64,000 bases of DNA from Micavibrio sp. UBA6145 (lineage in GTDB: Bacteria; Pseudomonadota; Alphaproteobacteria; Micavibrionales; UBA1664): contig DIUZ01000023.1 of the NCBI GenBank assembly GCA_002423205.1, positions 638-64,637 on the forward strand, given 5' to 3'. Positions 47,709 to 56,918 of the stretch are shown here, piece after piece (positions within the stretch are counted from its first letter, which is position 1; each line of letters begins with the position of its first letter). The notes under the pieces are model-generated. The model saw only the letters and a program-made list of their open reading frames with translations, was not told the origin of the DNA and made no database searches. The position numbers and the translations under genes are program-made.

Positions 47709-48986
47709 ATGCGGCTTCATACTTTTTCCTGCGCCATGGCGGCTTTGGTTCTGGCCGGATGTGCCGTCGCCACCCAGCGCCAGCACCAGCCGCATGTTGC
47801 CGGTTCGGTCGACGGCACAGTCCCCAGCGTCGCGACCGCAGGCGCCTATCCGACCGCGATGCCGCCGGTATTCCCCGTAGCCCCGGTCAACCAAGGCGAT
47901 CTTCTGAACAGCCAAATGCCTCAGGTACAAATGACCCGCGTAGGCATCCTTGTGCCGCAGACGGGCGCGAACGCCGCCATCGGCACCGCATTACTTCAGG
48001 CCGCACAGCTTGCCGTGTTTGATCTGAATGAAACAAGTTTCCAACTGGTGCCGGTCGACACCAAGGGCACGCCGCAGGGCGCGTCCGACGCCGTACGCAG
48101 CGCGGCTGACAACGGCGTAAAAATGATTCTGGGACCGTTGTTTGCGAACGAGGTCAGCGCCGTCAAAGACGCGGCGCGCGGCTATAACTTGCAGGTCATG
48201 GCATTTTCAACCGACTGGCGTCTGGCCGGCGACAATGTGTATTCCATGGGTGTCCTGCCCTTCGGCCAGGCTTCACGCGTGGCTGATTACGCATCACGCC
48301 AGGGCGCGCGCCGCATCGGCATCATCGCGACGCAGGATATGTACGGCGACGCGGTTGTCGAAGAATTCCAGCGCGTGGCGCAGCATTACGGCATCAACAT
48401 CATCAAGGTTGTGCGCATCGACGCCAATGGCGGCAACGCCATGCAGGCGGTACAGACCATGACCGGTAACAACGTATTGTCGGCGGACCGCATGCCGTAT
48501 GACGCCCTGTTCATGCCCGTGGGCGGCAGTGCACTGCGCACGCTTGTGACCGGCCTCAAGCAGTACGGTGTTGACTCATCCCGCGTGAAATTCCTGGGCA
48601 CCGGTCTTTGGGATGATGCAGATGTTCTGCGCAATCCGCTGATGGCGGGTGCGGTGTATGCCGCGCCGTCGCCGCAGCTGCGCACCACGTTCGAACGTAA
48701 TTACCAGCGCATTTATGGATCCCTGCCGCCACGTCTGGCCAGCATCGGTTATGACGCTGCCGCCCTTGCGATTGTGCTGGCCCGCAATGCCACCGCACAA
48801 AACCGACCGGTCACGTTTGACCGCGCAGCGATTACAGACCCCAACGGGTTTTCGGGCGTGGACGGTATTTTCCGCTTCAACCAGCAGGGTCTGGCCGAAC
48901 GCGGCATGGCAGTCCTGCAGATTCAGGGTGGAACGATTCACGTGGTCGAACCGGCACCGCAAACGTTTCAAGCCGTTGCGCAGTAA
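47709..48986 (+). CDS. penicillin-binding protein activator-like lipoprotein (LpoA C-domain / type 1 periplasmic-binding fold)
   Basis: Lipobox LVLAGC. RVGILVPQTGANAAIGTALLQAAQLAV...KMILGPLFANEV fits the Leu/Ile/Val-binding-type fold. It is divergent from rsmI, as in the conserved rsmI/lpoA arrangement. Confidence 0.6.
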   Translation: MRLHTFSCAMAALVLAGCAVATQRQHQPHVAGSVDGTVPSVATAGAYPTAMPPVFPVAPVNQGDLLNSQMPQVQMTRVGILVPQTGANAAIGTALLQAAQLAVFDLNETSFQLVPVDTKGTPQGASDAVRSAADNGVKMILGPLFANEVSAVKDAARGYNLQVMAFSTDWRLAGDNVYSMGVLPFGQASRVADYASRQGARRIGIIATQDMYGDAVVEEFQRVAQHYGINIIKVVRIDANGGNAMQAVQTMTGNNVLSADRMPYDALFMPVGGSALRTLVTGLKQYGVDSSRVKFLGTGLWDDADVLRNPLMAGAVYAAPSPQLRTTFERNYQRIYGSLPPRLASIGYDAAALAIVLARNATAQNRPVTFDRAAITDPNGFSGVDGIFRFNQQGLAERGMAVLQIQGGTIHVVEPAPQTFQAVAQ

Positions 48987-49028
48987 TTTTGCCGGGTGTC
49001 GGGCTTTGCCCTCCTTGGCTCCGGCTAG

Positions 49029-49307
49029 TTATTCCACCGGATAGCTGCGGCCCGAGGTTACGCGGTCGGAGCGGTTTTGGGTGATGATGGCCAGATTTGA
49101 GATACGGCTGTCGCGGCCCCAGGCCTGAACGGCGGGGTGGTTGTCGTAGCACTGGGCATACTCGAAAGACCCGCGTTCATACCCCTTTTTACGGCAGACG
49201 GATTCGGCCACACGGGGATCAATCCGGGCTTTGGGGGCTTCGTTTAGCGGCTGGGCGGTGGTACAAGCCGTTAACAACAGAAGGGTTAATAGAAGAGCGA
49301 TTCGCAT
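49029..49307 (-). CDS. small lipoprotein, hypothetical
   Basis: Lipobox LLLTAC. 92 aa. No family recognised. Confidence 0.45.
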   Translation of the reverse strand: MRIALLLTLLLLTACTTAQPLNEAPKARIDPRVAESVCRKKGYERGSFEYAQCYDNHPAVQAWGRDSRISNLAIITQNRSDRVTSGRSYPVE

Positions 49308-49340
49308 CGCGCCATTCTATGTGTATATAAGAACCTGACA

Positions 49341-50054
49341 ATGTGGACCGTAGCTGCCCTGTACCGTTTTGCCCGGGTCGAAGACCCTGCCGCGCTGAAA
49401 GGCCTTTTGGCCGCCGCCTGCGCGGATAACGGCGTATGCGGCACCCTTATCATTGCGCATGAAGGCATTAACGGCACCATCGCCGCGCCGTCGGATGCGC
49501 AGATGCAAAACATGATGGATATCATCGTCCCGCGTTTTCCGGGGGTTGAGCTGAAAATGTCCAGCGCCACCGATCAGCCGTTCAAACGGATGAAGATCAA
49601 GATCAAGCCGGAGATCGTGACCATGCGCGCGGGCGACCTGGACCCAACCAAGACGGTGGGTACCTATGTGGACGCCGCCGCGTGGAACGACCTGATCGCC
49701 GACCCCGAGGTCGTGGTCATCGACACCCGCAATTCATTCGAATTCAAGGACGGCACGTTTGAGGGCGCGATTGACCCCGGCACAAGTATGTTCTGCGAAT
49801 TCCCGGCCTTTGCCGCCAGGGCGCTGGACCCTAAAAAGCACAAGAAAATCGCCATGTTCTGTACCGGCGGCATAAGATGCGAAAAGGCGTCGAGCCTGCT
49901 GGTCGAACAGGGGTTCGAGCAGGTGTATCACCTGAAAGGCGGGATCCTGAAATACCTGGAAACCGTGCCTTCAGCGCAAAGCAAATGGCGCGGACGGTGC
50001 TTTGTGTTCGACGAACGCCACACGCTGGGCCATGGCTTAAGCGAACAGGCATAG
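49341..50054 (+). CDS. trhO: rhodanese-domain protein TrhO/YceA (UPF0176)
   Basis: VAALYRF...CGTLIIAHEGINGTIA, then a rhodanese loop FCTGGIRCEKAS. Confidence 0.8.
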   Translation: MWTVAALYRFARVEDPAALKGLLAAACADNGVCGTLIIAHEGINGTIAAPSDAQMQNMMDIIVPRFPGVELKMSSATDQPFKRMKIKIKPEIVTMRAGDLDPTKTVGTYVDAAAWNDLIADPEVVVIDTRNSFEFKDGTFEGAIDPGTSMFCEFPAFAARALDPKKHKKIAMFCTGGIRCEKASSLLVEQGFEQVYHLKGGILKYLETVPSAQSKWRGRCFVFDERHTLGHGLSEQA

Positions 50055-50087
50055 AAAAAGGGCGGCCTGGAGGCCGCCCTTTTCTTG
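50055..50087. terminator. bidirectional intrinsic terminator
   Basis: Hairpin aaaaagggcggcc-tgga-ggccgcccttttc, lying between convergent genes. Confidence 0.8.
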
Positions 50088-50097
50088 ATTCTTAAGC

Positions 50098-50466
50098 TTA
50101 TTTAGCCGGGGCCGGGGGGACCGGAACTGCCGGGGTTGCGGCTTTCTTGGCTTCCCATTCCTTACGTTTGGCATCGAACTGGGCCTTCATCGATTCGCGG
50201 TGGGCCTTCATTTCGTCGCGGGAAACCTTGCCATCGTTATTGGCATCCATTTCAGCAAAACGCTTTTCATGGACAGCCACGAATTCAGCCTTGGACAGCA
50301 GGCCGTCGCCGTCGGTATCGGCGCTATCAAGCATGGCGGCACCCGGACCACCATGACCACCACCCGGAGGGGGCGGGGTTTGATCTTTGGCCTGGGCAGT
50401 GGTGATTGCCGGGCCGGCCAGAACGGCCAAAGCCATCGTGGAGAGCAGGAGTTTACGAAGGTTCAT
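50098..50466 (-). CDS. secreted EF-hand calcium-binding protein
   Basis: Signal peptide, then two EF-hand loops DTDGDGLLSKAEF and DANNDGKVSRDEM. Confidence 0.7.
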   Translation of the reverse strand: MNLRKLLLSTMALAVLAGPAITTAQAKDQTPPPPGGGHGGPGAAMLDSADTDGDGLLSKAEFVAVHEKRFAEMDANNDGKVSRDEMKAHRESMKAQFDAKRKEWEAKKAATPAVPVPPAPAK

Positions 50467-50641
50467 AAAAATCTCACTTTCTTAAAGTTAAGGGGTCATA
50501 ACCCGGACACCTTTGATTGTAACAGGATGCCCTGAAATTGTGCCGCCGTTAAGGCAGGGATAAGGCATTTTAACACCCATTAAATATCTCTGGAATTCCC
50601 CTGGTAAAAGGCTTAATAAAGGGCCGAAATCAAAGGAAAAC

Positions 50642-52024
50642 ATGCCCATGTCGAAGACAGCCGCTGTAGCCAAACATATCCCGGAAAATATCTCCAGCCC
50701 CCATTACGAGGCCCTCGCCGCCAAAATCGCGCGCAAGGAAGCCGTCGTCGCGGTCATCGGGCTTGGTTATGTCGGCCTGCCCCTGATCCTGGGCTTTGCC
50801 GATGCGGGTTTCCCGGTGCTGGGGCTGGACGTCGACCCGGAAAAAATCAACAAGCTGCGCGCCAAACAGTCTTACATCAAACACATCACGTCTGAATCCG
50901 TGGCCAGCGCCATGGACAAGGGCAAGTTCAAGGTCGAAGCCGACCTGAAATTCGTCAGCGAAGCCGATGCAGTCATCATCTGCCTGCCGACCCCGCTGAC
51001 CAAGCACCGTGATCCGGACCTGTCGTATATCGAACAGACATCGGAAGTCATCGCGCCGTATATCCGGGCCGGCCAGATCATCATTCTGGAATCCACCACA
51101 TGGCCGGGCACGACGCGCGAAGTCATGATCCCGCTTCTGGAGAAAGGCTCGAACATGAAATCCCGCAAGGATTTCTTCGCCGCGTTTTCACCTGAGCGTG
51201 AAGATCCGGGCAACCCGAAATTCAACACGCACACGATCACCAAGGTCGTCGGCGGCGACGGCGTTGAAGCCACCAACCTGGCTGACCAGCTGTATCGCGG
51301 CTTCATTCACAAGACGGCGATTGTGTCGTCCCCCGACACGGCAGAAGCCGTGAAACTCACGGAAAACATCTTCCGTTCGATCAACATCGCGCTTGTGAAC
51401 GAACTGAAAGTCGTCTACGACGCCATGGGCATCGACGTCTGGGAAGTCATCAACGCGGCTGCGACCAAGCCGTTCGGCTTCATGCCGTTCTATCCGGGTC
51501 CGGGCCTTGGCGGTCACTGCATCCCGATCGATCCGTTCTACCTGACATGGAAAGCACGCGAGTTCGAACTGAACACCAAGTTCATCGAACTGGCCGGCGA
51601 GATCATTGCAGGTATGCCGAAATACGTTGTCAGCAAACTGGCTGAGGCGCTTTCGAGCCGCTTCCAGAAATCCATCTCCGGTTCCAAGCTTCTGCTGATC
51701 GGTATGGCGTATAAGAAAAACGTCGACGATATGCGCGAAACACCAACGCTGAAACTGATCGACATCCTGGAAGCGCGCGGTGCCCAGATCGATTACCACG
51801 ATACGTGGGTTCCGGTTATTCCGAACACACGCGAGCACCCGGAATATGCGGGCCGTAAGTCCGTGCCGCTGGACGCCGCAACGCTTGGCAAGTATGACGC
51901 CGTCGTGATCGTCACCGAGCACGACAATGTCGACTACGCACTGGTCGGCAAGCACGCCAAACTGGTTGTCGATACGCGTAATGCGATGGTCGACCAGCCG
52001 CGCGATAACGTCGTTAAGGCATAA
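50642..52024 (+). CDS. UDP-N-acetyl-D-glucosamine 6-dehydrogenase-type nucleotide-sugar dehydrogenase (WbpA/TviB-like)
   Basis: VAVIGLGYVGLPLILGFADAGFPVLGLDVDPEKINKL is the Rossmann region, and GLGGHCIPIDP carries the catalytic Cys. Confidence 0.8.
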   Translation: MPMSKTAAVAKHIPENISSPHYEALAAKIARKEAVVAVIGLGYVGLPLILGFADAGFPVLGLDVDPEKINKLRAKQSYIKHITSESVASAMDKGKFKVEADLKFVSEADAVIICLPTPLTKHRDPDLSYIEQTSEVIAPYIRAGQIIILESTTWPGTTREVMIPLLEKGSNMKSRKDFFAAFSPEREDPGNPKFNTHTITKVVGGDGVEATNLADQLYRGFIHKTAIVSSPDTAEAVKLTENIFRSINIALVNELKVVYDAMGIDVWEVINAAATKPFGFMPFYPGPGLGGHCIPIDPFYLTWKAREFELNTKFIELAGEIIAGMPKYVVSKLAEALSSRFQKSISGSKLLLIGMAYKKNVDDMRETPTLKLIDILEARGAQIDYHDTWVPVIPNTREHPEYAGRKSVPLDAATLGKYDAVVIVTEHDNVDYALVGKHAKLVVDTRNAMVDQPRDNVVKA

Positions 52025-53011
52025 ATGAGCGTCCAGAAGAACATCGCTGTCATCGGTTGCGGTGCATGGGGTCAAAACCATGTACGCAGCGCGCACGAAA
52101 TCGGCGTCCTGTACGCAGTGTCTGATTACGACATGGCCCGCGCGCAGGACTTCGCGCAGAAATACGCGGTCAAGGCGCTGTCCTTTGAAGACGTGCTGAA
52201 AGACGGTGATATCGCCGGCATTATCCTCGCAACCCCGGCGCCCCTGCATGCGAAAATGGCATTGGAAGCGTTGGCGGCGGGCAAACATGTACTGGTAGAA
52301 AAACCCATCGCGCTGTCGATTGAAGACGCACAGAAAATTGTAACCGCCGGTGAAAAAGCGGGCCGCGTCGTGATGGTCGGCCATGTGCTGCAATACCACC
52401 CGGCCTTCATCGCGCTGAAAGACATCATCGCCAAAGGTATGCTCGGCAATCTGCGCCATATCGCATCCAGCCGCCTGAATTTCGGCAAGGTGCGCACCGA
52501 GGAAAACGTATTCTGGTCATTTGCGCCGCATGACGTGTCGATGGTGCTGGCCATAGCCGGGCGCGAACCCATTGCCACCAGCGCGCAGTATCATAACGGT
52601 CTTGCGCAAAGCGACATCGCGTCCACCGCGACCGTACAATTCGATTTCGGCGGCGGACTGTCGGGACAGATCCACACATCATGGCTGAACCCATTCAAGG
52701 AACAGAAACTGGTCGTGGTCGGTGATGCCGGCATGGCCGTGTTTGACGACACACTGGACTGGGACAAGAAACTGGCGTTTTACAAAAACAGCGTTTCTTT
52801 CGAAAAAGGCGTGCCGGTTCTTAATAAAGGCGACGTCGAATACCTGCCGGTGACCGAAGCCCCGCCGCTTGCGCTGGAAATCGGCCATTTTGCCGCGTGC
52901 ATGGCCAATGGCGAGCGTCCCCGGACGGATGGCAAGGAAGGCCTTGCCGTGCTAAAGGTGATGCAGGACGCTGATACACAGGCATTGGGCAAACACGCGA
53001 AAGCCGCATGA
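52025..53011 (+). CDS. Gfo/Idh/MocA-family oxidoreductase (WbpB/GnnA-like)
   Basis: IAVIGCGAWGQNH...ILATPAPLHAKMALEALAAGKHVLVEKP. The start directly abuts the upstream stop (TAAATG). Confidence 0.75.
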   Translation: MSVQKNIAVIGCGAWGQNHVRSAHEIGVLYAVSDYDMARAQDFAQKYAVKALSFEDVLKDGDIAGIILATPAPLHAKMALEALAAGKHVLVEKPIALSIEDAQKIVTAGEKAGRVVMVGHVLQYHPAFIALKDIIAKGMLGNLRHIASSRLNFGKVRTEENVFWSFAPHDVSMVLAIAGREPIATSAQYHNGLAQSDIASTATVQFDFGGGLSGQIHTSWLNPFKEQKLVVVGDAGMAVFDDTLDWDKKLAFYKNSVSFEKGVPVLNKGDVEYLPVTEAPPLALEIGHFAACMANGERPRTDGKEGLAVLKVMQDADTQALGKHAKAA

Positions 53012-53706
53012 AAACCGCGATCATCACCTACCAGATCCCTCACCTGAAGACGGCGCAAATCCTCGAGCGCCTGGCACAACGCAAAAGCGCCGGCCAGATT
53101 GACGTTTTCGCCATCCCTTTCCGTCCCTTCAAGTCACGCGACGTGGTGTTCAAGCATCGTCCTGACCAGAACATCGATATCAAAACGCCGGATCTGTGTG
53201 CGCAGTATGGGTTTGGTTACACGGAAGTCGAGGCTGATGCCGATATTCCGGGCGGCTATGATTATTACGTGATTACAGGTGCGGGTATTCTGTCGCCCGA
53301 ATGCGTGCGCGGCAAAAAAATCGTCAACTCTCATCCCGGCGCCATTCCGGCGGTGCGCGGCCTTGATGCCTTTAAATGGGCGATCCATGACATGCAGCCG
53401 ATGGCCAATACCCTGCATTACGTCGACGAAGCGGTGGATATGGGCGAACTGATCACCATTGAACCGACACCGGTTTATGTCGACGACACGCTGGAGATTC
53501 TGGCAACACGTCTTTATGATTCCGAAATCGCCTTACTGGCCCGGTTTGATGACTTTATCGGCAAAGGCCCTTATATATCGACATACCCCGAGCGCGAAGC
53601 GACGCGGCGCATGCCCGCAGCGACGGAGCACGAGATGATGACGCGTTTTGAAGAGTATAAAAACCGTTTTGCGGTGGACAAGAAGAAAGAGGGCACAAAT
53701 GGCTGA
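53008..53706 (+). CDS. PurN/Fmt-fold formyltransferase-like protein (232 aa)
   Basis: KKIVNSHPGAIPAVRGLDAF provides the N-x-H motif and HYVDEAVDMGELI the catalytic Asp region. The gene overlaps both neighbours. Confidence 0.6.
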   Translation: MKTAIITYQIPHLKTAQILERLAQRKSAGQIDVFAIPFRPFKSRDVVFKHRPDQNIDIKTPDLCAQYGFGYTEVEADADIPGGYDYYVITGAGILSPECVRGKKIVNSHPGAIPAVRGLDAFKWAIHDMQPMANTLHYVDEAVDMGELITIEPTPVYVDDTLEILATRLYDSEIALLARFDDFIGKGPYISTYPEREATRRMPAATEHEMMTRFEEYKNRFAVDKKKEGTNG

Positions 53707-54862
53707 TGATATCCTTCCGATCGAATTCGTAGACCTGAAAAAACAACGCGCACGCATTGGCGACAAGATCGACACGGCGATTGCCAAGGTTTTGAACCAC
53801 GGCCAGTTCATTCTCGGCCCTGAAGTCAAACAACTGGAAGACGGCCTGAAGGCATTCTGCGGCGCGAAATACGCTATCGCCTGTTCCAACGGCACGGATG
53901 CCATCGGCCTTTCCCTGATGGCACTCAAAGTCCGCCCCGGCCATGCCGTCATGGTGCCGGCATTCACATTCGCGGCCACCGCCGAAGTTGTCGGATGGAT
54001 GGGTGCCACGCCGATCTTCATCGACAGCAACCCCGATACATTCAACATGGACCCGGCATCGCTGGAAGAAGGCATCAAGACCGCTGAGCGCGCGGGCCTG
54101 AAGCCGGTTGGCGCGATTGCGGTCGACCTGTTCGGCCTTGCAGCGGATTACGACGCGATTGAAAAAATCTGCGATCAGAACGACATGTGGGTCATCTCGG
54201 ATTCCGCCCAAGGGTTCGGCGCGAAATACAAAGGCCGGACTACCGGCACGCTTGGCAAACTGGCCACGACCAGCTTTTTCCCGGCCAAGCCGCTGGGTTG
54301 CTACGGCGACGGCGGCGCGATCTTTACGGATGACGCCGATCTTGCGGCGCTGCTGCAATCATTACGCTTCCACGGCAAGGGCGACGATAAATACGACAAC
54401 GTGCGTATCGGCATGAATGCACGTCTGGACACGATCCAGGCGGGTATCCTGATCGAAAAACTGGCGATCTACGCCGATGAAATCGAAAAACGCAATCTGG
54501 TGGCCGAGGCGTATACCAAGGCCCTGTCCGGCGTTGTAAAAACACCGACCATCCCGGCGGAATATCTGTCGGTCTGGGCGCAGTACACGCTGACGCTGGA
54601 TGCCGGTGTCGACCGCGTGAAATTCCAGGCTGACATGAAGGCCAAGGGCGTGCCGACGGCTGTTTACTATCCCAAACCGCTGCACAAGCAGACGGCGTAC
54701 AGCAAGTTTCCGGTCGCGGGCAACGGATTGCCGGTCTGTGAAGACCTGGCGGGCCGTGTTGTCTCCCTGCCCATGCACCCGTATCTTACAGATGCGCAAA
54801 TCAACCATATCTGTGAGGCCGTGAAATCGGCCCTCAGCAATACGGCACGCGCAGCCGCCTGA
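53699..54862 (+). CDS. DegT-family aminotransferase (WbpE/GnnB-like)
   Basis: FVDLKKQ..., ACSNGTDAIGL, DSAQGFGA and TTSFFPAKPLGCYGDGGAI (PLP Lys). I chose the ATG at 53699. Confidence 0.85.
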   Translation: MADDILPIEFVDLKKQRARIGDKIDTAIAKVLNHGQFILGPEVKQLEDGLKAFCGAKYAIACSNGTDAIGLSLMALKVRPGHAVMVPAFTFAATAEVVGWMGATPIFIDSNPDTFNMDPASLEEGIKTAERAGLKPVGAIAVDLFGLAADYDAIEKICDQNDMWVISDSAQGFGAKYKGRTTGTLGKLATTSFFPAKPLGCYGDGGAIFTDDADLAALLQSLRFHGKGDDKYDNVRIGMNARLDTIQAGILIEKLAIYADEIEKRNLVAEAYTKALSGVVKTPTIPAEYLSVWAQYTLTLDAGVDRVKFQADMKAKGVPTAVYYPKPLHKQTAYSKFPVAGNGLPVCEDLAGRVVSLPMHPYLTDAQINHICEAVKSALSNTARAAA

Positions 54863-54902
54863 TCACTTAACAATACTCAATATTTATAAAGGATTACTGA
54901 TT

Positions 54903-55868
54903 ATGGACGCTATGTGGCTGGATAAACCGGTTTGGATGTGGGCATTGTTTATGGGCATCGTCGTGGTGCTGCTCGTGCTCGACCTTGGCGTCCTGAACAA
55001 GGGTGACAAGGAAATCTCCGCCAAGCGCGCGATGATCATCTACAGCTTCTATATCGCCATGGCCCTGTGCTTCGGCGGATGGATCTGGTCGGAACTGGGC
55101 CAGGAAAAGGCCATGCTGTACTTCACGGGCTACGTGATTGAACAGTCGCTTTCGATGGATAACCTGTTCGTCATGGCGCTGATCTTCGGGTATTTCGCCA
55201 TTCCGCGCGCTTACCAGCACCGGGTTTTGTTCTGGGGCATTCTGGGCGTTATCGTTCTTCGCGGCATCATGATCGCGCTGGGCGCGGCACTGGTCGCCGA
55301 ATTCCACTGGGTTTTGTACCTGTTCTCGGCCTTCCTGATTTTCAGCGGTTTCAAGATGCTCAAATCCGACCATGGCAACATGGACATCGAGCACAACCCG
55401 ATCCTGAAATTCCTGCGCAAGCACGTACCGGTATCCAACCAGCTGCACGGCCATGACTTCTTCGTGAAGAAAGTTGCCGGCGACGGTTCGGGGCGCATGG
55501 TTACGGCGATCACCCCGCTGATGGTTGCCCTGATCCTGATCGAGGCTGCCGACGTTATCTTCGCGGTCGACTCGGTTCCGGCCATCTTTGCGCTGACGAC
55601 GGACACCTACATCATCTACACCTCCAACATCTTTGCCATTCTGGGCCTGCGTACTTTGTACTTTGCCCTGTCGGCCATGATGGCGCGTTTCGAATACCTG
55701 AAATTTGCGCTGGCGGCTGTGCTGATCTTTGTCGGCTCGAAGATCTTCCTGAACGACTTCGTGTTCGGCGGCGAGAAATTCCCGCCCGTGATCTCGCTTA
55801 GCGTGACTTTCGGCCTGCTGGCGGCCGGCGTTATCTACTCGCTGTGGAAGACCCGCAAAACCGCATGA
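54903..55868 (+). CDS. TerC/Alx-family integral membrane protein
   Basis: YFTGYVIEQSLSMDNLFV and EAADVIFAVDSVPAIFALT are the duplicated TerC motifs. Confidence 0.85.
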   Translation: MDAMWLDKPVWMWALFMGIVVVLLVLDLGVLNKGDKEISAKRAMIIYSFYIAMALCFGGWIWSELGQEKAMLYFTGYVIEQSLSMDNLFVMALIFGYFAIPRAYQHRVLFWGILGVIVLRGIMIALGAALVAEFHWVLYLFSAFLIFSGFKMLKSDHGNMDIEHNPILKFLRKHVPVSNQLHGHDFFVKKVAGDGSGRMVTAITPLMVALILIEAADVIFAVDSVPAIFALTTDTYIIYTSNIFAILGLRTLYFALSAMMARFEYLKFALAAVLIFVGSKIFLNDFVFGGEKFPPVISLSVTFGLLAAGVIYSLWKTRKTA

Positions 55869-56914
55869 GCGAGCCATCCGGCACCGTTCTAAACATTAAT
55901 ATCGGCGCGATCGTCGAAAACTTTCGCCACTTACGCGACCACGCAGGCACGGAAACAGCCTGTGTGGTCAAGGCGGATTGCTACGGGTTGGGCGCTGCAA
56001 AAATCGTCCACGCCCTGGACCTTGCGGGTGCGCGTGAATTCTTTGTCGCCACTGCCGGTGAAGGCCGCACGTTACGCGAGATTACCGCCCGCGATATTTA
56101 CGTACTGGGCGGCATCCATCACGGGGCGCGCGATGATTTCGCCAAATACCGCCTGATCCCGGTCCTGAATTCCATGTCCGACATCGTTGCGTGGTCGGGG
56201 GCTTGCGTACTTCACTTTGACACCGGCATGAACCGGCTAGGCCTGTCGGCGGATGACGTCGACGGCATTGTGGCGCAGCCGGACCTGCTGGAGCGACTGG
56301 ACATCAAATTTGGGATGAGCCATTTCGCGTGTTCCGACGAAAAGGACCATCCACTGAACGCGGCGCAGGTTGAACGTTTTGGCACGATACAGACCAAGCT
56401 TCCCTTTATCCGCCGGTGGTCGATGTGCAATTCGTCGGGCATTTTCAGGGTTGCGCATAAATATGATCTGGTCCGCCCCGGCTATGCCCTGTACGGCGGC
56501 AACCCCACGCCGGAGACCCGCAACCCGATGCAGCCCGTCGTAACCTTGAACGCCCGGGTCCTGCAGACCCGTAAGGTCAAGGCGGGCGAAACCATCGGCT
56601 ACGGTGCCACCCATGAATTTGAGGCCGATACCGAGACCGCCACGCTGGCGTTTGGGTATGCGGATGGCTTCCACCGTGGGTATGGCCGGTCGAACCTGTA
56701 TTACAACGGGGTCGCCTGCCCCATACTGGGCCGTGTATCGATGGACCTGATCAGCGTGGGCATTGGACATCTGGACCGGAAACCCGCCCCCGGCGACCTT
56801 ATGGAGGTTTTAGGCCCCCATCAGGACATCGACCAGCTAGCCACCAGCGCCGGGACCATCGGGTATGAGATTTTGACCGGTCTTGGCATGCGATACACCC
56901 GCCTCTATATATAG
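55865..56914 (+). CDS. alr: alanine racemase
   Basis: VVKADCYGLG contains the PLP Lys motif, and the layout is Alr-like. The ATG at 55865 overlaps the terC stop (ATGA). Confidence 0.8.
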   Translation: MSEPSGTVLNINIGAIVENFRHLRDHAGTETACVVKADCYGLGAAKIVHALDLAGAREFFVATAGEGRTLREITARDIYVLGGIHHGARDDFAKYRLIPVLNSMSDIVAWSGACVLHFDTGMNRLGLSADDVDGIVAQPDLLERLDIKFGMSHFACSDEKDHPLNAAQVERFGTIQTKLPFIRRWSMCNSSGIFRVAHKYDLVRPGYALYGGNPTPETRNPMQPVVTLNARVLQTRKVKAGETIGYGATHEFEADTETATLAFGYADGFHRGYGRSNLYYNGVACPILGRVSMDLISVGIGHLDRKPAPGDLMEVLGPHQDIDQLATSAGTIGYEILTGLGMRYTRLYI

Positions 56915-56918
56915 CCGC

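Noticed and set aside
51188-52459. 423-aa minus-strand ORF spanning the WbpA-like/WbpB-like junction
   Set aside because: It runs antisense to two well-supported, tightly abutting plus-strand genes and has no motifs.
54863-54902. Possible yybP-ykoY (Mn) riboswitch in front of the TerC-family gene
   Set aside because: Only 40 nt of AT-rich spacer is available, which is too short for that riboswitch, and no conserved motifs were seen.
54894-55877. 327-aa minus-strand ORF antisense to the TerC-family gene
   Set aside because: The plus frame has the duplicated TerC motifs and transmembrane segments. The antisense product is Asp/Arg/His/Gln-rich and not protein-like.
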